Source: an uncultured delta proteobacterium
GTDB taxonomy: Bacteria; Myxococcota; Myxococcia; Myxococcales; Myxococcaceae
Assembly: GCA_963796055.1 (NCBI GenBank)
Contig: CAWCKH010000004.1
Location: 2,336,001-2,400,000 of the forward strand
DNA: 64,000 nucleotides
Reading direction: 5' to 3'
Part shown: one piece after another, positions 39,289-50,027 of the stretch
Numbering within the stretch: position 1 is the first letter of the stretch
Layout of the letters: every line of letters starts with the position of its first letter
Made by a program: the position numbers and the translations under genes
The notes under the pieces: generated by a model
The model's database searches: none
What the model was told of the DNA's origin: nothing
The model's input: only the letters and a program-made list of their open reading frames with translations

Positions 39289-39325
39289 ACGAACCTCGAA
39301 TGGTAGGCGGGCCGCCGGAGAGGGG

Positions 39326-40852
39326 TCAACGCCGCGTCGCGGTGCTGGGGGCGGCGCCGTGTCCCGGACCGAGCACCCGGGGAAGGTAGGTCGGATAATC
39401 GAAATGAATGCTGTTCTCGGCGGTGTGGCATCCCACACACACGCTGGGACCCGGCCTGGGGCGCAGCACGGACTTCTCGGTGCCGTCGAGGACGTGGATC
39501 GAACCCGGGCCGTGGCAGTTCTCGCAGCCCACGTTCTTGCGGTCTTCCACCTGGTCCACCCGGCACACACCCCCGGACTGCTGGAAGCCGATGACGTGGC
39601 AGGCGACGCAGTCCAGCCGGTACTGCTTCTGGACCGACTCGAGCGTGGCGTACGCCCGGGCGTGCCCGGTCTTGTCGTAGACCGCGAACGGGTCCGGATG
39701 GCAGCTCCGGCACGCTTCGTTGCCGACGTACGCTGCCTCACCCCGGGCAGGGGGAGGGCAGGGCTGGCCGTGCTCCTTCGCCCAGGCGAGGTTGAGCTGG
39801 GCCACGTCCCGGTCGTAGTCGGCGATGATCTTCTGCACTCCGGGGTCCTCGGGCAGCGCCGCCTCCACCGGGACGAAGCGCACGGTGAACGTCCCGGGCT
39901 GGAGCGCGGTTGCCTGGGCCTGGGAGGCGAGCTGCTCGCGCCGCAGCACCAGCTCGTGGAGCCGGGCGTCGAGGAGCCGCTTGCGCTCGGGCGATAGGCC
40001 GAGCGTCCCCAGCTCGCGCCGGAGCAGCTCCAGCCGCTGCCCCTGCGCGTTGAACTCCCGCTCGATGTCGCCCTGTCCGCGCGCGAGCTGGAGGGCGGCG
40101 CCGTCCGGGCCGGGGCTCGCGTCCACCCGGAGGATGGAACGGCCGCGGCTTTGGACCTGGGCCACCGGGACCGAGCCCCGGAGCAGCCGGCCGTCCTCCC
40201 ACTCTGCCCCGATGGTCTCCGGGGCCTGGGCGGCGACGACCAGGTCCACGCCCTCGCCGGTGTGCACCTCGCCCGGAGCGCCGCCGAAGAGCCCGAGCAC
40301 GAAGCGGGCGCCCGCGCCCCGGGTCTTCACCGCGCCCTCGGTCAGCTCGGCGGTGGTGGTGGCTGACACCACGCCCACCTTCCACCGCCCGGCATCGAGC
40401 AGCCGCGTTTGGCCGGGACCGAGCTCGGGCAGCCCGAGCGTGCGGCGGAAGTCCGGCCCCAGCGCGTCGTCCAGCGGCCCGGCGAACAGCGCGCCGATCC
40501 GCATCGCGCGGTACGAGGCGGCGATGGCCTGGGCCCGCCGCCGCTCGCCCACCGCCTCGTCGGCAGCGAAGCCGGTGCGCTCGAACAGGGCATCCCCCGC
40601 GTCGACGAAGAGCGCCGGCAGCCCGGAGGCCCGCGTCTTCCCGATGACCGCGGCGGTCTTTCCCAGCCCGCCGCGCATCGCCTCGCTGCATCCGCAGGGG
40701 GCGATCTGCCCCCGCACGTCCGCGGTGACGAAGATCGCGAACCGCGTGGCGGCCGGTGATCCCCCGGCCGCGGGCGCCGGAGGGCCTCCCGGTCCTCCCC
40801 GGGTACAGGCGACGAGCAGTGTGGCTGCAATGAAGACCGAGCGGAGCTGCAA
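39326..40852 (-). CDS. Lipoprotein: UshA/5'-nucleotidase-like N-domain fused to tetraheme cytochrome c
   Basis: LLVAC lipobox; T.D..G...PCGC, DAGD; CRSCH, CVACH, CENCH, CVGCH; start approximate. Confidence 0.8.
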   Translation of the reverse strand: MQLRSVFIAATLLVACTRGGPGGPPAPAAGGSPAATRFAIFVTADVRGQIAPCGCSEAMRGGLGKTAAVIGKTRASGLPALFVDAGDALFERTGFAADEAVGERRRAQAIAASYRAMRIGALFAGPLDDALGPDFRRTLGLPELGPGQTRLLDAGRWKVGVVSATTTAELTEGAVKTRGAGARFVLGLFGGAPGEVHTGEGVDLVVAAQAPETIGAEWEDGRLLRGSVPVAQVQSRGRSILRVDASPGPDGAALQLARGQGDIEREFNAQGQRLELLRRELGTLGLSPERKRLLDARLHELVLRREQLASQAQATALQPGTFTVRFVPVEAALPEDPGVQKIIADYDRDVAQLNLAWAKEHGQPCPPPARGEAAYVGNEACRSCHPDPFAVYDKTGHARAYATLESVQKQYRLDCVACHVIGFQQSGGVCRVDQVEDRKNVGCENCHGPGSIHVLDGTEKSVLRPRPGPSVCVGCHTAENSIHFDYPTYLPRVLGPGHGAAPSTATRR

Positions 40853-40973
40853 AGTTCCGTCCGCGCAGGGACGGCCCCGTCTACCACTGCGGGCTGGACG
40901 CACGCGAGTCGTTGACAGACCGCCGAGGGAATTGGTTTGAGCGGGGCCCTTGGCGCCGCCCCCTGCAGATCCG

Positions 40974-41213
40974 ATGAAGCTTCCGCTCGAGGAGCTGCTC
41001 TACCTGCGTCTGGGAGAGTTCCTCGACCAGCTCCATGGCCGGAAGGTGCCGGAGCTGTACCGCGTGCTCCTGGACCAGGTGGACCGGGCCGTGCTCCGCC
41101 AGGCGCTGGAGCGCAGCGAGGGCCAGCTCTCGGCAGCCGCCTCCTTCCTCGGCGTGGACCGGAACACCCTGGCCCGCAAGGTGAAACGGCTCAAGGTTCG
41201 CGGCCGGACCTGA
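40974..41213 (+). CDS. Fis-like HTH_8 DNA-binding protein
   Basis: LY..LL.QVDR..L..AL....G....AA..LG.DRNTL.RK. Confidence 0.85.
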   Translation: MKLPLEELLYLRLGEFLDQLHGRKVPELYRVLLDQVDRAVLRQALERSEGQLSAAASFLGVDRNTLARKVKRLKVRGRT

Positions 41214-41269
41214 GGCCGGGAACGCCCCTGGCCTCCGGAGCCCGGCATGTTCATCGTTTGGGGCTGCCC

Positions 41270-42859
41270 ATGATGCGACCGCTCGCCCTCACCTTCACCG
41301 CGGGGCTGCTGCTGCTCGCAGCGCCTGCGCGCGCGCTGAACGATGGTCTCGGCCCCCCGCAGCAGGAGCTGGATCGGGACTCTCCCCTGGCCACGGTGCA
41401 GGGTTTCCTGACCGCTGCCCACCATGGGGACTACGGAACCGCGGCCTACTACCTGGCGCTGGACTGGCTCGCCCGGGAGAAGCAGAAGACCGAGGGGCCG
41501 CGGCTGGCGCGCCGGCTCCGGTTCGTGCTCGACCGGAAGCTGTTCATCGACCTCGGGGCGGTCAGCAAGGACCCGCAAGGGGACCCGGCGAAGGCCGGTT
41601 ACGACCAGCTCGGCACCATCCGGCTGGACAAGCAGAACGTCCCCATCCGGGTGAGCAAGTACGAGGTCGACGGCAAACCCGTCTGGCTCTTCAGCACGGT
41701 CACCGTGCGCGCGGTGGATGCGCTCTACGAAGCCTACGGCCCGCCCCTGGGAGAGATGCTGCCCGAGGTGCTCTTCTCCAAGGCGCTGGCAGGGCTCGAG
41801 CTCTGGCAATGGGTGGGTCTCATCCTCGCCTTCGTCGCGGCGCTCCTCTTCGGGTGGTTGCTGGAGCAGCTGGGGCTGGCGGCTCTCGGGCGCGTGGCGC
41901 GGATGACCCGCGTGGGCTGGGACGACCAGCTGGTGCAGTCGGCGCGCGGGCCGCTGCGGCTGCCCCTCTGGGCCTTCGTACTGAGCGTGGCCACTGCGCC
42001 GCTTCTGCTCCCGCCGGTGTGGGCCCACGGCATCAGCGTGCTCAACCGGTCGCTGCTGGTCATCACCACGGCCTGGTTCGCGCTGCGCTTCCTCGACCTC
42101 GCCTCGGGCGTGGTGGAGAGCCGGGTGGCCAAGGCGCACGAGAACGTGGCCAACGCCCGCGCGGTGCGCACCCAGCTGGCGGTGCTGCGCCGGGTGCTGG
42201 TGGCGGTGGTGTGGATCTTCGCCACCGCCGCGCTGCTGATGCAGTTCACCGTGGTGCGGACGGTGGGGGTCTCGCTGCTCGCCTCCGCCGGCGTGGCGGG
42301 CGTGGTGCTGGGCATCGCGGCCCAGAAGTCCATCGGCGCGCTGCTCGCCGGGATCCAGCTCTCCATCACCCAGCCCGTCCGCATCGGCGACTCGGTGATC
42401 GTCGAGGGCGAGTTCGGCACGGTCGAGGAGATCAGCCTCACCTTCTTGGTGGTCCGCACCTGGGACCTGCGACGGCTGCTCATCCCGGTGGCCCAGTTCC
42501 TGGAGAAGCCCTTCCAGAACTGGAGCAAGGGTGGGGTGGAGATGCTCGGGCCGGTGGTCCTCCAGGTCGACTGGACCACCGACGTGGACGCGGTCCGCAA
42601 GGAGCTGGCCCGGGTGCTCGCCACCGAGGGCAAGGGCATGTGGGATGGGAAGCTGGCGAACGTCCAGGTGGTGGACTCCACCGAGCGGACGATGCACCTC
42701 CGGGTCCTGGTCGGGGGCTACGTGGACACCCTCTTCGACTTCCGCTGCCTCGTCCGGGAGCGGCTCATCACCTTCCTGCGGCGGACGCCGGCGTGGCTGC
42801 CACACGCTCGGGTGGAGCAGGACGGGGTCCCGCTCGTGCCCCGGGGGCCGGCGGCCTGA
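41270..42859 (+). CDS. MscS mechanosensitive channel with periplasmic N-domain
   Basis: SLLASAGVAG.VLG.AAQ, QPVRIGD, G.VEEI, FQNWS. Confidence 0.92.
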   Translation: MMRPLALTFTAGLLLLAAPARALNDGLGPPQQELDRDSPLATVQGFLTAAHHGDYGTAAYYLALDWLAREKQKTEGPRLARRLRFVLDRKLFIDLGAVSKDPQGDPAKAGYDQLGTIRLDKQNVPIRVSKYEVDGKPVWLFSTVTVRAVDALYEAYGPPLGEMLPEVLFSKALAGLELWQWVGLILAFVAALLFGWLLEQLGLAALGRVARMTRVGWDDQLVQSARGPLRLPLWAFVLSVATAPLLLPPVWAHGISVLNRSLLVITTAWFALRFLDLASGVVESRVAKAHENVANARAVRTQLAVLRRVLVAVVWIFATAALLMQFTVVRTVGVSLLASAGVAGVVLGIAAQKSIGALLAGIQLSITQPVRIGDSVIVEGEFGTVEEISLTFLVVRTWDLRRLLIPVAQFLEKPFQNWSKGGVEMLGPVVLQVDWTTDVDAVRKELARVLATEGKGMWDGKLANVQVVDSTERTMHLRVLVGGYVDTLFDFRCLVRERLITFLRRTPAWLPHARVEQDGVPLVPRGPAA

Positions 42860-43005
42860 GCCCCAGGGTCGGGCCGGGCCCGCTGCTCACGGCTGACCCA
42901 CCCCGTCCCAGCTGTCGGCTGGCATGGGGCGGCGCATCCCCTCGGGAATGCACGGCTTCTCTGGCAGAGCGTCGCTGGCCCGGGACGTGAAAGGCACCGG
43001 AGGGC

Positions 43006-43242
43006 ATGAAGCCCTCCCCTCACGCCAACGCCGTCGTCCAGGCTCTGGTCGCATGTCGCGCGCGCCGTGAGCTGAAGGGTACCGAGCGCGACACGCCCGA
43101 GGAGCGCCAGGCGATGAAGGCCCAGCTGTGGGCCCGCCTCGATGCCCGGCTCTCCACCTGGGACCCGAGCGCCGAGACGATGGCGCAGTGGGCGCTCCAC
43201 GTGCTCAGCGCGCCCAGCGAGCCGGAGCAGCGCGTCGCCTGA
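43006..43242 (+). CDS. Hypothetical small protein
   Basis: GGAGG RBS, GC3-rich codons; no recognisable motif. Confidence 0.5.
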   Translation: MKPSPHANAVVQALVACRARRELKGTERDTPEERQAMKAQLWARLDARLSTWDPSAETMAQWALHVLSAPSEPEQRVA

Positions 43243-43409
43243 GCAGGCCTCAACGCGCCCGGAGAACGCCGCGCGGTTGCGCCAGCGGCTCCAGGCGGTG
43301 AGCAGCAGGTGTCGTTTCGTTTCCTGTCGTGAAGGCATGGCCGCCATGCGCCCCGGACGGGATAACCCGGGGGGGTGGCCCGTGTTCGGTGAGGCGGAGG
43401 ATGTCCGCC

Positions 43410-43592
43410 ATGCCGACCGACCCGTCGTCCCCCGCGGAGACACCGCCGAGCCGACCCGAGCGGCGAATCCTCGCGCGCGCGGTCGGGGTGTGGTGGGTGC
43501 AGCAACTGCTCGAGGTCGCCCGTCGTAGACGTGCGAGCAGGCAGGCGCCCGAGGACGGGGACCTGCCGCACCCGGCGACCACGACACGCTGA
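43410..43592 (+). CDS. Possible small hypothetical protein
   Basis: GGAGG at 43396-43400 before ATG 43410; no motif. Confidence 0.25.
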   Translation: MPTDPSSPAETPPSRPERRILARAVGVWWVQQLLEVARRRRASRQAPEDGDLPHPATTTR

Positions 43593-43673
43593 CCGGTCCT
43601 CGTTGCGGGTACAGCTGGCGCGTGCGCGCGCTCGTTCGGCCCACCGAGATTCCGTGCGACAGTCAGGTGCGCC

Positions 43674-45851
43674 ATGCCGATGCGAGAAGGCGACATCCTG
43701 GACGACCGGTTCGAGCTCGGCCGCACGGTTGCAGCTGGCGGGATGGGCGTGGTCTTCCGGGCGATGGATCGTCACACCGGCACGCTGGTCGCGGTGAAGA
43801 CGCTTCGCGGAGTGGAGGGGGCCGAGCGCTTCCGGCGCGAGGTGCAGGTGCTCTCGAGCCTGCACCACCCGGGCATCGTGGCCTATCTCGGCCACGGCTG
43901 TGCCGGGGACGAGCTCTATCTGGTGATGGAGTGGCTGGAAGGCGAGGACCTCGGGGCGCGGCTGACGGGCGCCCTGGTGACCGTCGACGAGGCGGTTGGC
44001 GTCGGAGTCCAGGTTGCCTCCGCCCTGGCCGCTGCCCACGCCCAGGGAGTCGTCCACCGGGACATCAAGCCGTCCAACGTCTTCCTCGCCGACTGGCGCC
44101 TCGATCGGGTCAAGCTGCTCGACTGCGGGATCGCCCGCCACGGCGCTGCATCGACCCTCACCGAGCTGGGGATGGTGGTCGGGACGCCGGCGTACATGGC
44201 ACCCGAGCAGGCCCGTGGAGAGCGGGAGATCGACGCCCGCGCCGACGTCTACGCGCTCGGAGCGCTCCTCTTCCATTGCCTCACCGGCCGGCCACCCTTC
44301 GAGGCGGATGCCCGCGAGGGGCTCCTGGCGGCGGTGATCCACGGACCGGTGCCTCTGGTGGGCGAGTTCGTGCAGGTGGCGCCCCGGCTCGAAGACCTGG
44401 TCGCGCGGATGCTGGACAAGGACCCCCACCGCCGCCCGTCCGACGGGTGCGAGGCGTGGGCGGAGCTGACGGCCCTCGGCTCCACCTCGGGACCCTTGCT
44501 CTCCGCCACCGTCGCGGCGAGCAGCATCCCGGCGCGGGATCAGCCGGCGGTGGCCGGCGCGCGCGCGGTCCCCTCCTCGGTCGCAGTGCTCCCGTTCCAT
44601 GACATGAGCGCGGGACGAGACCAAGCGTACATCTGCGAGGGCATCGCCGAGGAGCTGATCAACACCCTCACCTCGCTCCAGGGGCTCCGGGTGGCGGCGC
44701 GGAGCAGCGCGTTCGCCCTCCGCGCGCCCGACGCCGACGCTCGCAGCGTGGGCCGACGGCTCGGGGTGGACGCGGTGCTCGAGGGCGGGGTCCGGAAGGC
44801 GGGGAATCGCCTCCGCGTCACAGTGCAGCTGGTGGACGTCGCCGACGGTTCCCCTCGCTGGGCACACCGCTTCGAGGGGACGCTGGACCAGGTGTTCGAG
44901 ATCCAGGACCAGATCGCCACCAGTGTCGCCACCGCGCTGCGGGGAATGCTGAGCAGCGAAGAGCGTGAGGCGCTGCGGCGGCCCGAGGCGCGGGTCGAGG
45001 CGTACGAGCACTTCCTCCGCGGCCGACAGCTCCTCCACAACCAGACCAGCACCTCGTTCGGGCACGCGGAGCGGGAATTCCAGCGGGCGATCGAGATCGA
45101 TCCCGGCTATGCGCCCGCCTTCTCCGGCCTGGCACAGGTCTACATGTGGCAGGTCGAATGGCTCGGCCGCGGCGCCGGCGCGCAGGAGGCAGCAGATCGT
45201 GCAAGCCGCCGTGCGCTCGAGCTCGGTCCCGAGCTGGCGGAGTCCCACATCGCCCGGGGAGCGTTCCTGGCGAGCGTGCACGACTACGAGGGAGCAGAGC
45301 AGGCGTACCAGGAAGCGCTCCGTCTCAATCCTCGCTCGTTCGAGGCGCACTACCTCTACGCGCGGGCCTGCGTTCCCGCCGGAAAGTTCGAGCGGGCCCT
45401 GGAGCTCTTCCTGCGCGGGGCCGAGCTCCGCCCCGAGGACTACCAGTGCATGGCGATCGTCGAGCTCCCACTGCTGGCGCTCCATCGGTTCGAGGAGGCC
45501 GGGGAGGCACGCCGGGAGGCCCTCCGCCGGATCGAGCGGAACCTGGAGCTGGATCCCTGGGATCCACGGGCGCTGATCCTCGGCGCCATCAGCCTGGTCT
45601 CGGAAGGTCAGCCGGACCGCGGATTCGAGTGGGCGGCGCGCGCGCTGGAGCTGGCCCCGGACGACCCGGCCACGCTGATCAACGCCGGGTGCATGTACCT
45701 GCGCGTAGGGATGAAGGAGGAGGCGCTGGCCTGCCTGGAGAAAAGCTTCGGGCGTGGGTACGGAAAGGGTGACTGGGTGAAGAACGATCCCGACTACGAC
45801 CCCATCCGAGGCGATCCGCGCTTCGAGGCGATGATCGCCAAGCTGGCCTGA
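43674..45851 (+). CDS. Ser/Thr kinase with TolB-like/adenylate-cyclase-associated domain and TPRs
   Basis: GGMGVV, VAVK, HRDIKPSN, DCG (variant DFG), YMAPE; SVAVLPF.DMS; TPRs. Confidence 0.92.
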   Translation: MPMREGDILDDRFELGRTVAAGGMGVVFRAMDRHTGTLVAVKTLRGVEGAERFRREVQVLSSLHHPGIVAYLGHGCAGDELYLVMEWLEGEDLGARLTGALVTVDEAVGVGVQVASALAAAHAQGVVHRDIKPSNVFLADWRLDRVKLLDCGIARHGAASTLTELGMVVGTPAYMAPEQARGEREIDARADVYALGALLFHCLTGRPPFEADAREGLLAAVIHGPVPLVGEFVQVAPRLEDLVARMLDKDPHRRPSDGCEAWAELTALGSTSGPLLSATVAASSIPARDQPAVAGARAVPSSVAVLPFHDMSAGRDQAYICEGIAEELINTLTSLQGLRVAARSSAFALRAPDADARSVGRRLGVDAVLEGGVRKAGNRLRVTVQLVDVADGSPRWAHRFEGTLDQVFEIQDQIATSVATALRGMLSSEEREALRRPEARVEAYEHFLRGRQLLHNQTSTSFGHAEREFQRAIEIDPGYAPAFSGLAQVYMWQVEWLGRGAGAQEAADRASRRALELGPELAESHIARGAFLASVHDYEGAEQAYQEALRLNPRSFEAHYLYARACVPAGKFERALELFLRGAELRPEDYQCMAIVELPLLALHRFEEAGEARREALRRIERNLELDPWDPRALILGAISLVSEGQPDRGFEWAARALELAPDDPATLINAGCMYLRVGMKEEALACLEKSFGRGYGKGDWVKNDPDYDPIRGDPRFEAMIAKLA

Positions 45852-45890
45852 GGGGTGAAGGCGGCCAGCCTCGCCTTCGGCTCCGAGGGG

Positions 45891-47050
<1,160 letters not shown>

Positions 47051-47089
47051 TGAGGGCCTTCCAGTCGCCTCGAAGGGAAGGAGGGAACC

Positions 47090-47437
47090 ATGAAGTTCAC
47101 CCGCTACTCCTTCGGCACGCTCCGTGTCGACGGGGACGAGTACGACCACGACCTCATCATCGACCGCGGCGAGGTCCGGGAGCGGGACAAGCGCCCGTCG
47201 AAGAAATACCGATCGCTCTACGGCCACACGCCGCTGTCGCTCGACGAGGACATCCCCTGGAAGTGCAAGCGCCTGGTGGTCGGGACCGGCGGGGGGGCGT
47301 TGCCGATCATGGACGAGGTCCGCCGCGAGGCGAAACGGCGGCACGTCGAGCTGATCGCCCTACCCACGGAGAAAGCACTCGAGCTGCTCGCCCACGGCTC
47401 CGCCCGGACCAACGCCATCCTCCACCTCACCTGCTAG
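47090..47437 (+). CDS. Mth938-like (DUF498) protein
   Basis: YSFG...DG..Y.HD, LVVGTG, LPT..A, LHLTC; strong RBS. Confidence 0.85.
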   Translation: MKFTRYSFGTLRVDGDEYDHDLIIDRGEVRERDKRPSKKYRSLYGHTPLSLDEDIPWKCKRLVVGTGGGALPIMDEVRREAKRRHVELIALPTEKALELLAHGSARTNAILHLTC

Positions 47438-47481
47438 GGATGAACGCTCCGGTGCTGACTCCGAGCAGTCACCGACCAGGG

Positions 47482-47940
47482 TCAAATTGCGCCGAGCTGA
47501 AGGAGCAGCTCTCGGTGTAATCGTCGGCGCTCGGAGCTGAGCGGGAGATCGGCGAGGATCAACCGGCGCTGAGCTTCCTCGTTCTCGGCGACCAGTCTCG
47601 CCAGCCGACCCAGCATCCGGGGAAGGTAGGTCGACTTCTCGTGGCAGAGCTGCGCCCAGACCCCCTCGGTCTGCTCCAGAATCCTCTCGCGGTTCCGGCG
47701 AACCCGACCGAGGAACTTCTCGAGCTCCCGGTTGTCCTCGCAGAGCACCAGCAACTTCCAGTCCGCGACCAGATGTCGCTCCAGCCTGACCCGGTACGCC
47801 CCGAACCGCTTCCTGGCCGTCTCGAACGAGCCAGCGGCGGCGAGCGTCCCGACGTCGACCAGGGCGACGCGTAGCTGGTGGTGCTCGGACTCGAGCTGTC
47901 GCCAGATTTGACTCTCGATGGAGGAGTCTGGAGTCCTCAC
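47482..47940 (-). CDS. Hemerythrin-like helical protein (degenerate ligand set)
   Basis: L..EH..L and LERHL pattern; later His/Glu ligands not evident. Confidence 0.45.
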   Translation of the reverse strand: MRTPDSSIESQIWRQLESEHHQLRVALVDVGTLAAAGSFETARKRFGAYRVRLERHLVADWKLLVLCEDNRELEKFLGRVRRNRERILEQTEGVWAQLCHEKSTYLPRMLGRLARLVAENEEAQRRLILADLPLSSERRRLHRELLLQLGAI

Positions 47941-47971
47941 CTACGTCGCCACCCTTTCACGAAGGACGTCG

Positions 47972-48138
47972 GGCAAGAACCACGCCAGCTGAAGAAACTA
48001 CCCGTGCGAACCGCGACGGACGGCAGAGCTTGCGCATGCAAGCAGGCGGCGACGCATGTCCTGCGCACTCGGTCCGGTTGGGCGATGGCACGCCCGGTCC
48101 GCCATCGCGGAGCCTGCGTCGGTGGTCCATCCGATGCA
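47972..48138. promoter_or_regulatory. Divergent sigma54 promoters with two CGCA-N5-TGCG-type enhancer sites
   Basis: Minus TGGCGTGGTTCTTGCC (47987-47972); sites 48021-48035 and 48052-48066; plus TGGTCCATCCGATGCA (48123-48138). Confidence 0.7.
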
Positions 48139-48178
48139 AATCATGGCTTCACTTCGCGCTTCGCTCTCGGAGGTCGCC

Positions 48179-48655
48179 ATGAGGCTGATGGAAATCATGA
48201 CCACGGACGTGCGGACCGCCTCGGCGACGGAAGATGCGGAGAAGGCGTTCCAGCGAATGCGTAATGGGCGAATCCGGCATCTCGTCGTGATGAACGGACG
48301 CCGGGTGGTGGGCGTGCTCTCGGAACGGGACGTCGGTGGGTCGCGCGGCAGCGGAGTGCGCGCTGGCAAGACCGTGGGCGAGCTGATGTCGGGCCAGGCC
48401 ATCACCGCCTCTCCGACGACGACCGTTCGTCAGGCGGCGAATCTGCTCCGCGCTCGGAACATCGGCTGCCTGCCCATCGTCGAGGATGGCGAGCTCGAAG
48501 GGATCGTCACCGTGACGGACGTGCTGGAGCTCCTGGGCAGGCAGACCCAGCTCTCGCCCACTGCCAGCTCCCGGTTCAAGCCGCAACACGGCTCCAAGTG
48601 GAAGCCGATTCGCCGAGTGGCGCGCTCCCAGCGTCCACCCTTGTTCCCGAGGTAG
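48179..48655 (+). CDS. CBS-pair domain protein
   Basis: IMTT.V, IRHLVV, GVLSERD, IGCLPIV, GIVTVTD; GGAGG RBS. Confidence 0.9.
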   Translation: MRLMEIMTTDVRTASATEDAEKAFQRMRNGRIRHLVVMNGRRVVGVLSERDVGGSRGSGVRAGKTVGELMSGQAITASPTTTVRQAANLLRARNIGCLPIVEDGELEGIVTVTDVLELLGRQTQLSPTASSRFKPQHGSKWKPIRRVARSQRPPLFPR

Positions 48656-48657
48656 TC

Positions 48658-49326
48658 GTGAACGGTTTCGTCGATCGCGAAGACGCGGGCCGCAGGCTGG
48701 CGGCGCAGCTCAGCTCCTACGCGGCCGAGCGTCCCATCGTTCTGGCTCTTCCCCGAGGGGGCGTTCCGGTGGGTTACGAGATTGCCCGGGCGCTGCATGC
48801 ACCGCTCGACGTGTGGGTGGTCAGGAAGGTCGGGGTTCCCTGGCATCCCGAGCTCGGCGCCGGCGCCGTGGCCGAAGGAGGATACGTCCATCTCAACCAG
48901 GACGTCCTCGAGCACATCGGGCTTTCGGAGGCAGAGCTCGCCAAGATCGTCCAGAGCAAGCAGCGCGAGGTCCAAGAGCGGGTGCGGCTGTTCCGGGGGG
49001 ATCACCCGCCGCCAGTCCTTCGCGACCGAACGGTCATCGTGGTCGACGACGGGATCGCGACCGGTGGCACGGTGCACGCCGCGATTCGGTCGATCCGCGC
49101 GCAGGGGCCGAAGGCGATCGTGCTCGCGGTGCCGGTGGCCAGTCCCGAGGTGGTCGAAGTGCTCGGACGCGAAGTGGACGGTCTCGTTTGCTTGCGAATG
49201 CCCCCTGACCTCTACGCCATCGGCGTCTGGTACGTGAACTTCAGCCAGGTCTCGGATGACCAGGTAGCCCGTCTCCTCGACCGCGCTCGGCGGGACCAGA
49301 CCGAGGCCCAGGATGCCGTCGCCTGA
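48658..49326 (+). CDS. Putative phosphoribosyltransferase (Rv0571c/Rv2030c N-domain type)
   Basis: F.DR.DAGRRLA, LALPRGGVPV, VVDDGIATGGT, F.QVSD. Confidence 0.92.
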   Translation: MNGFVDREDAGRRLAAQLSSYAAERPIVLALPRGGVPVGYEIARALHAPLDVWVVRKVGVPWHPELGAGAVAEGGYVHLNQDVLEHIGLSEAELAKIVQSKQREVQERVRLFRGDHPPPVLRDRTVIVVDDGIATGGTVHAAIRSIRAQGPKAIVLAVPVASPEVVEVLGREVDGLVCLRMPPDLYAIGVWYVNFSQVSDDQVARLLDRARRDQTEAQDAVA

Positions 49327-49990
49327 GAGCGGAGCCCGCAAGGAGAGCCTGGTCATCCCTGCCGGCGGAGTGGAGGTCGAAGGCGACCTGACGATTCCTG
49401 ACGGTGCGCGCGGGCTCGTCCTGTTCGCTCACGGAAGTGGCAGCAGCCGCAAGAGCACGAGGAATCGGTTTGTGGCGCAGGTGCTCCGCGAACGAGAGCT
49501 CGGAACCCTGCTCTTCGACCTCTTGACCGCCGCCGAGGAGAGGCGAGACGCCATCGATGCCCACCTGCGCTTCGACATCCCGCTGCTCGCGAGCCGCCTC
49601 GGTGAGGTCACGGACCGGATGCGACAGTCTGGTCCCGGCAGGGAGCTTTCCATCGGTTACTTCGGGGCGAGCACCGGTGCAGCGGCAGCATTGATCGCGG
49701 CGGCAGAGCGCCCCCGCGACATCGGTGCCGTCGTCTCCCGGGGTGGTCGGCCAGACCTCGCCATTGAGGCACTCGCTCGCGTCCGCGCACCAACGCTGCT
49801 CATCGTCGGTGGCGCGGACACGACGGTGCTCGAGCTGAACCGCGAGGCGCTGGCGCGGATCCCGGGGCCCAAGCAGCTCACGGTGATTCCGGGAGCGACC
49901 CATCTCTTCGAGGAACCCGGTGCTCTGGAAACGGTGGCTCGCCTCGCGGGGGATTGGTTCGTGGAGCACCTGGGAACGCCGCCGGTCTGA
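49313..49990 (+). CDS. Dienelactone-hydrolase-like alpha/beta hydrolase
   Basis: FAHGSGSSR, GYFGASTG, VSRGGRPDL, GATHLFEEPG. Confidence 0.92.
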   Translation: MPSPESGARKESLVIPAGGVEVEGDLTIPDGARGLVLFAHGSGSSRKSTRNRFVAQVLRERELGTLLFDLLTAAEERRDAIDAHLRFDIPLLASRLGEVTDRMRQSGPGRELSIGYFGASTGAAAALIAAAERPRDIGAVVSRGGRPDLAIEALARVRAPTLLIVGGADTTVLELNREALARIPGPKQLTVIPGATHLFEEPGALETVARLAGDWFVEHLGTPPV

Positions 49991-50027
49991 GCGAGGCTGC
50001 CCGACTCTTCCATCGTTTGCCCGAGGT

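Noticed and set aside
40685..40700. Selenoprotein (CGU motif)
   Set aside because: Both codons are TGC; no in-frame TGA
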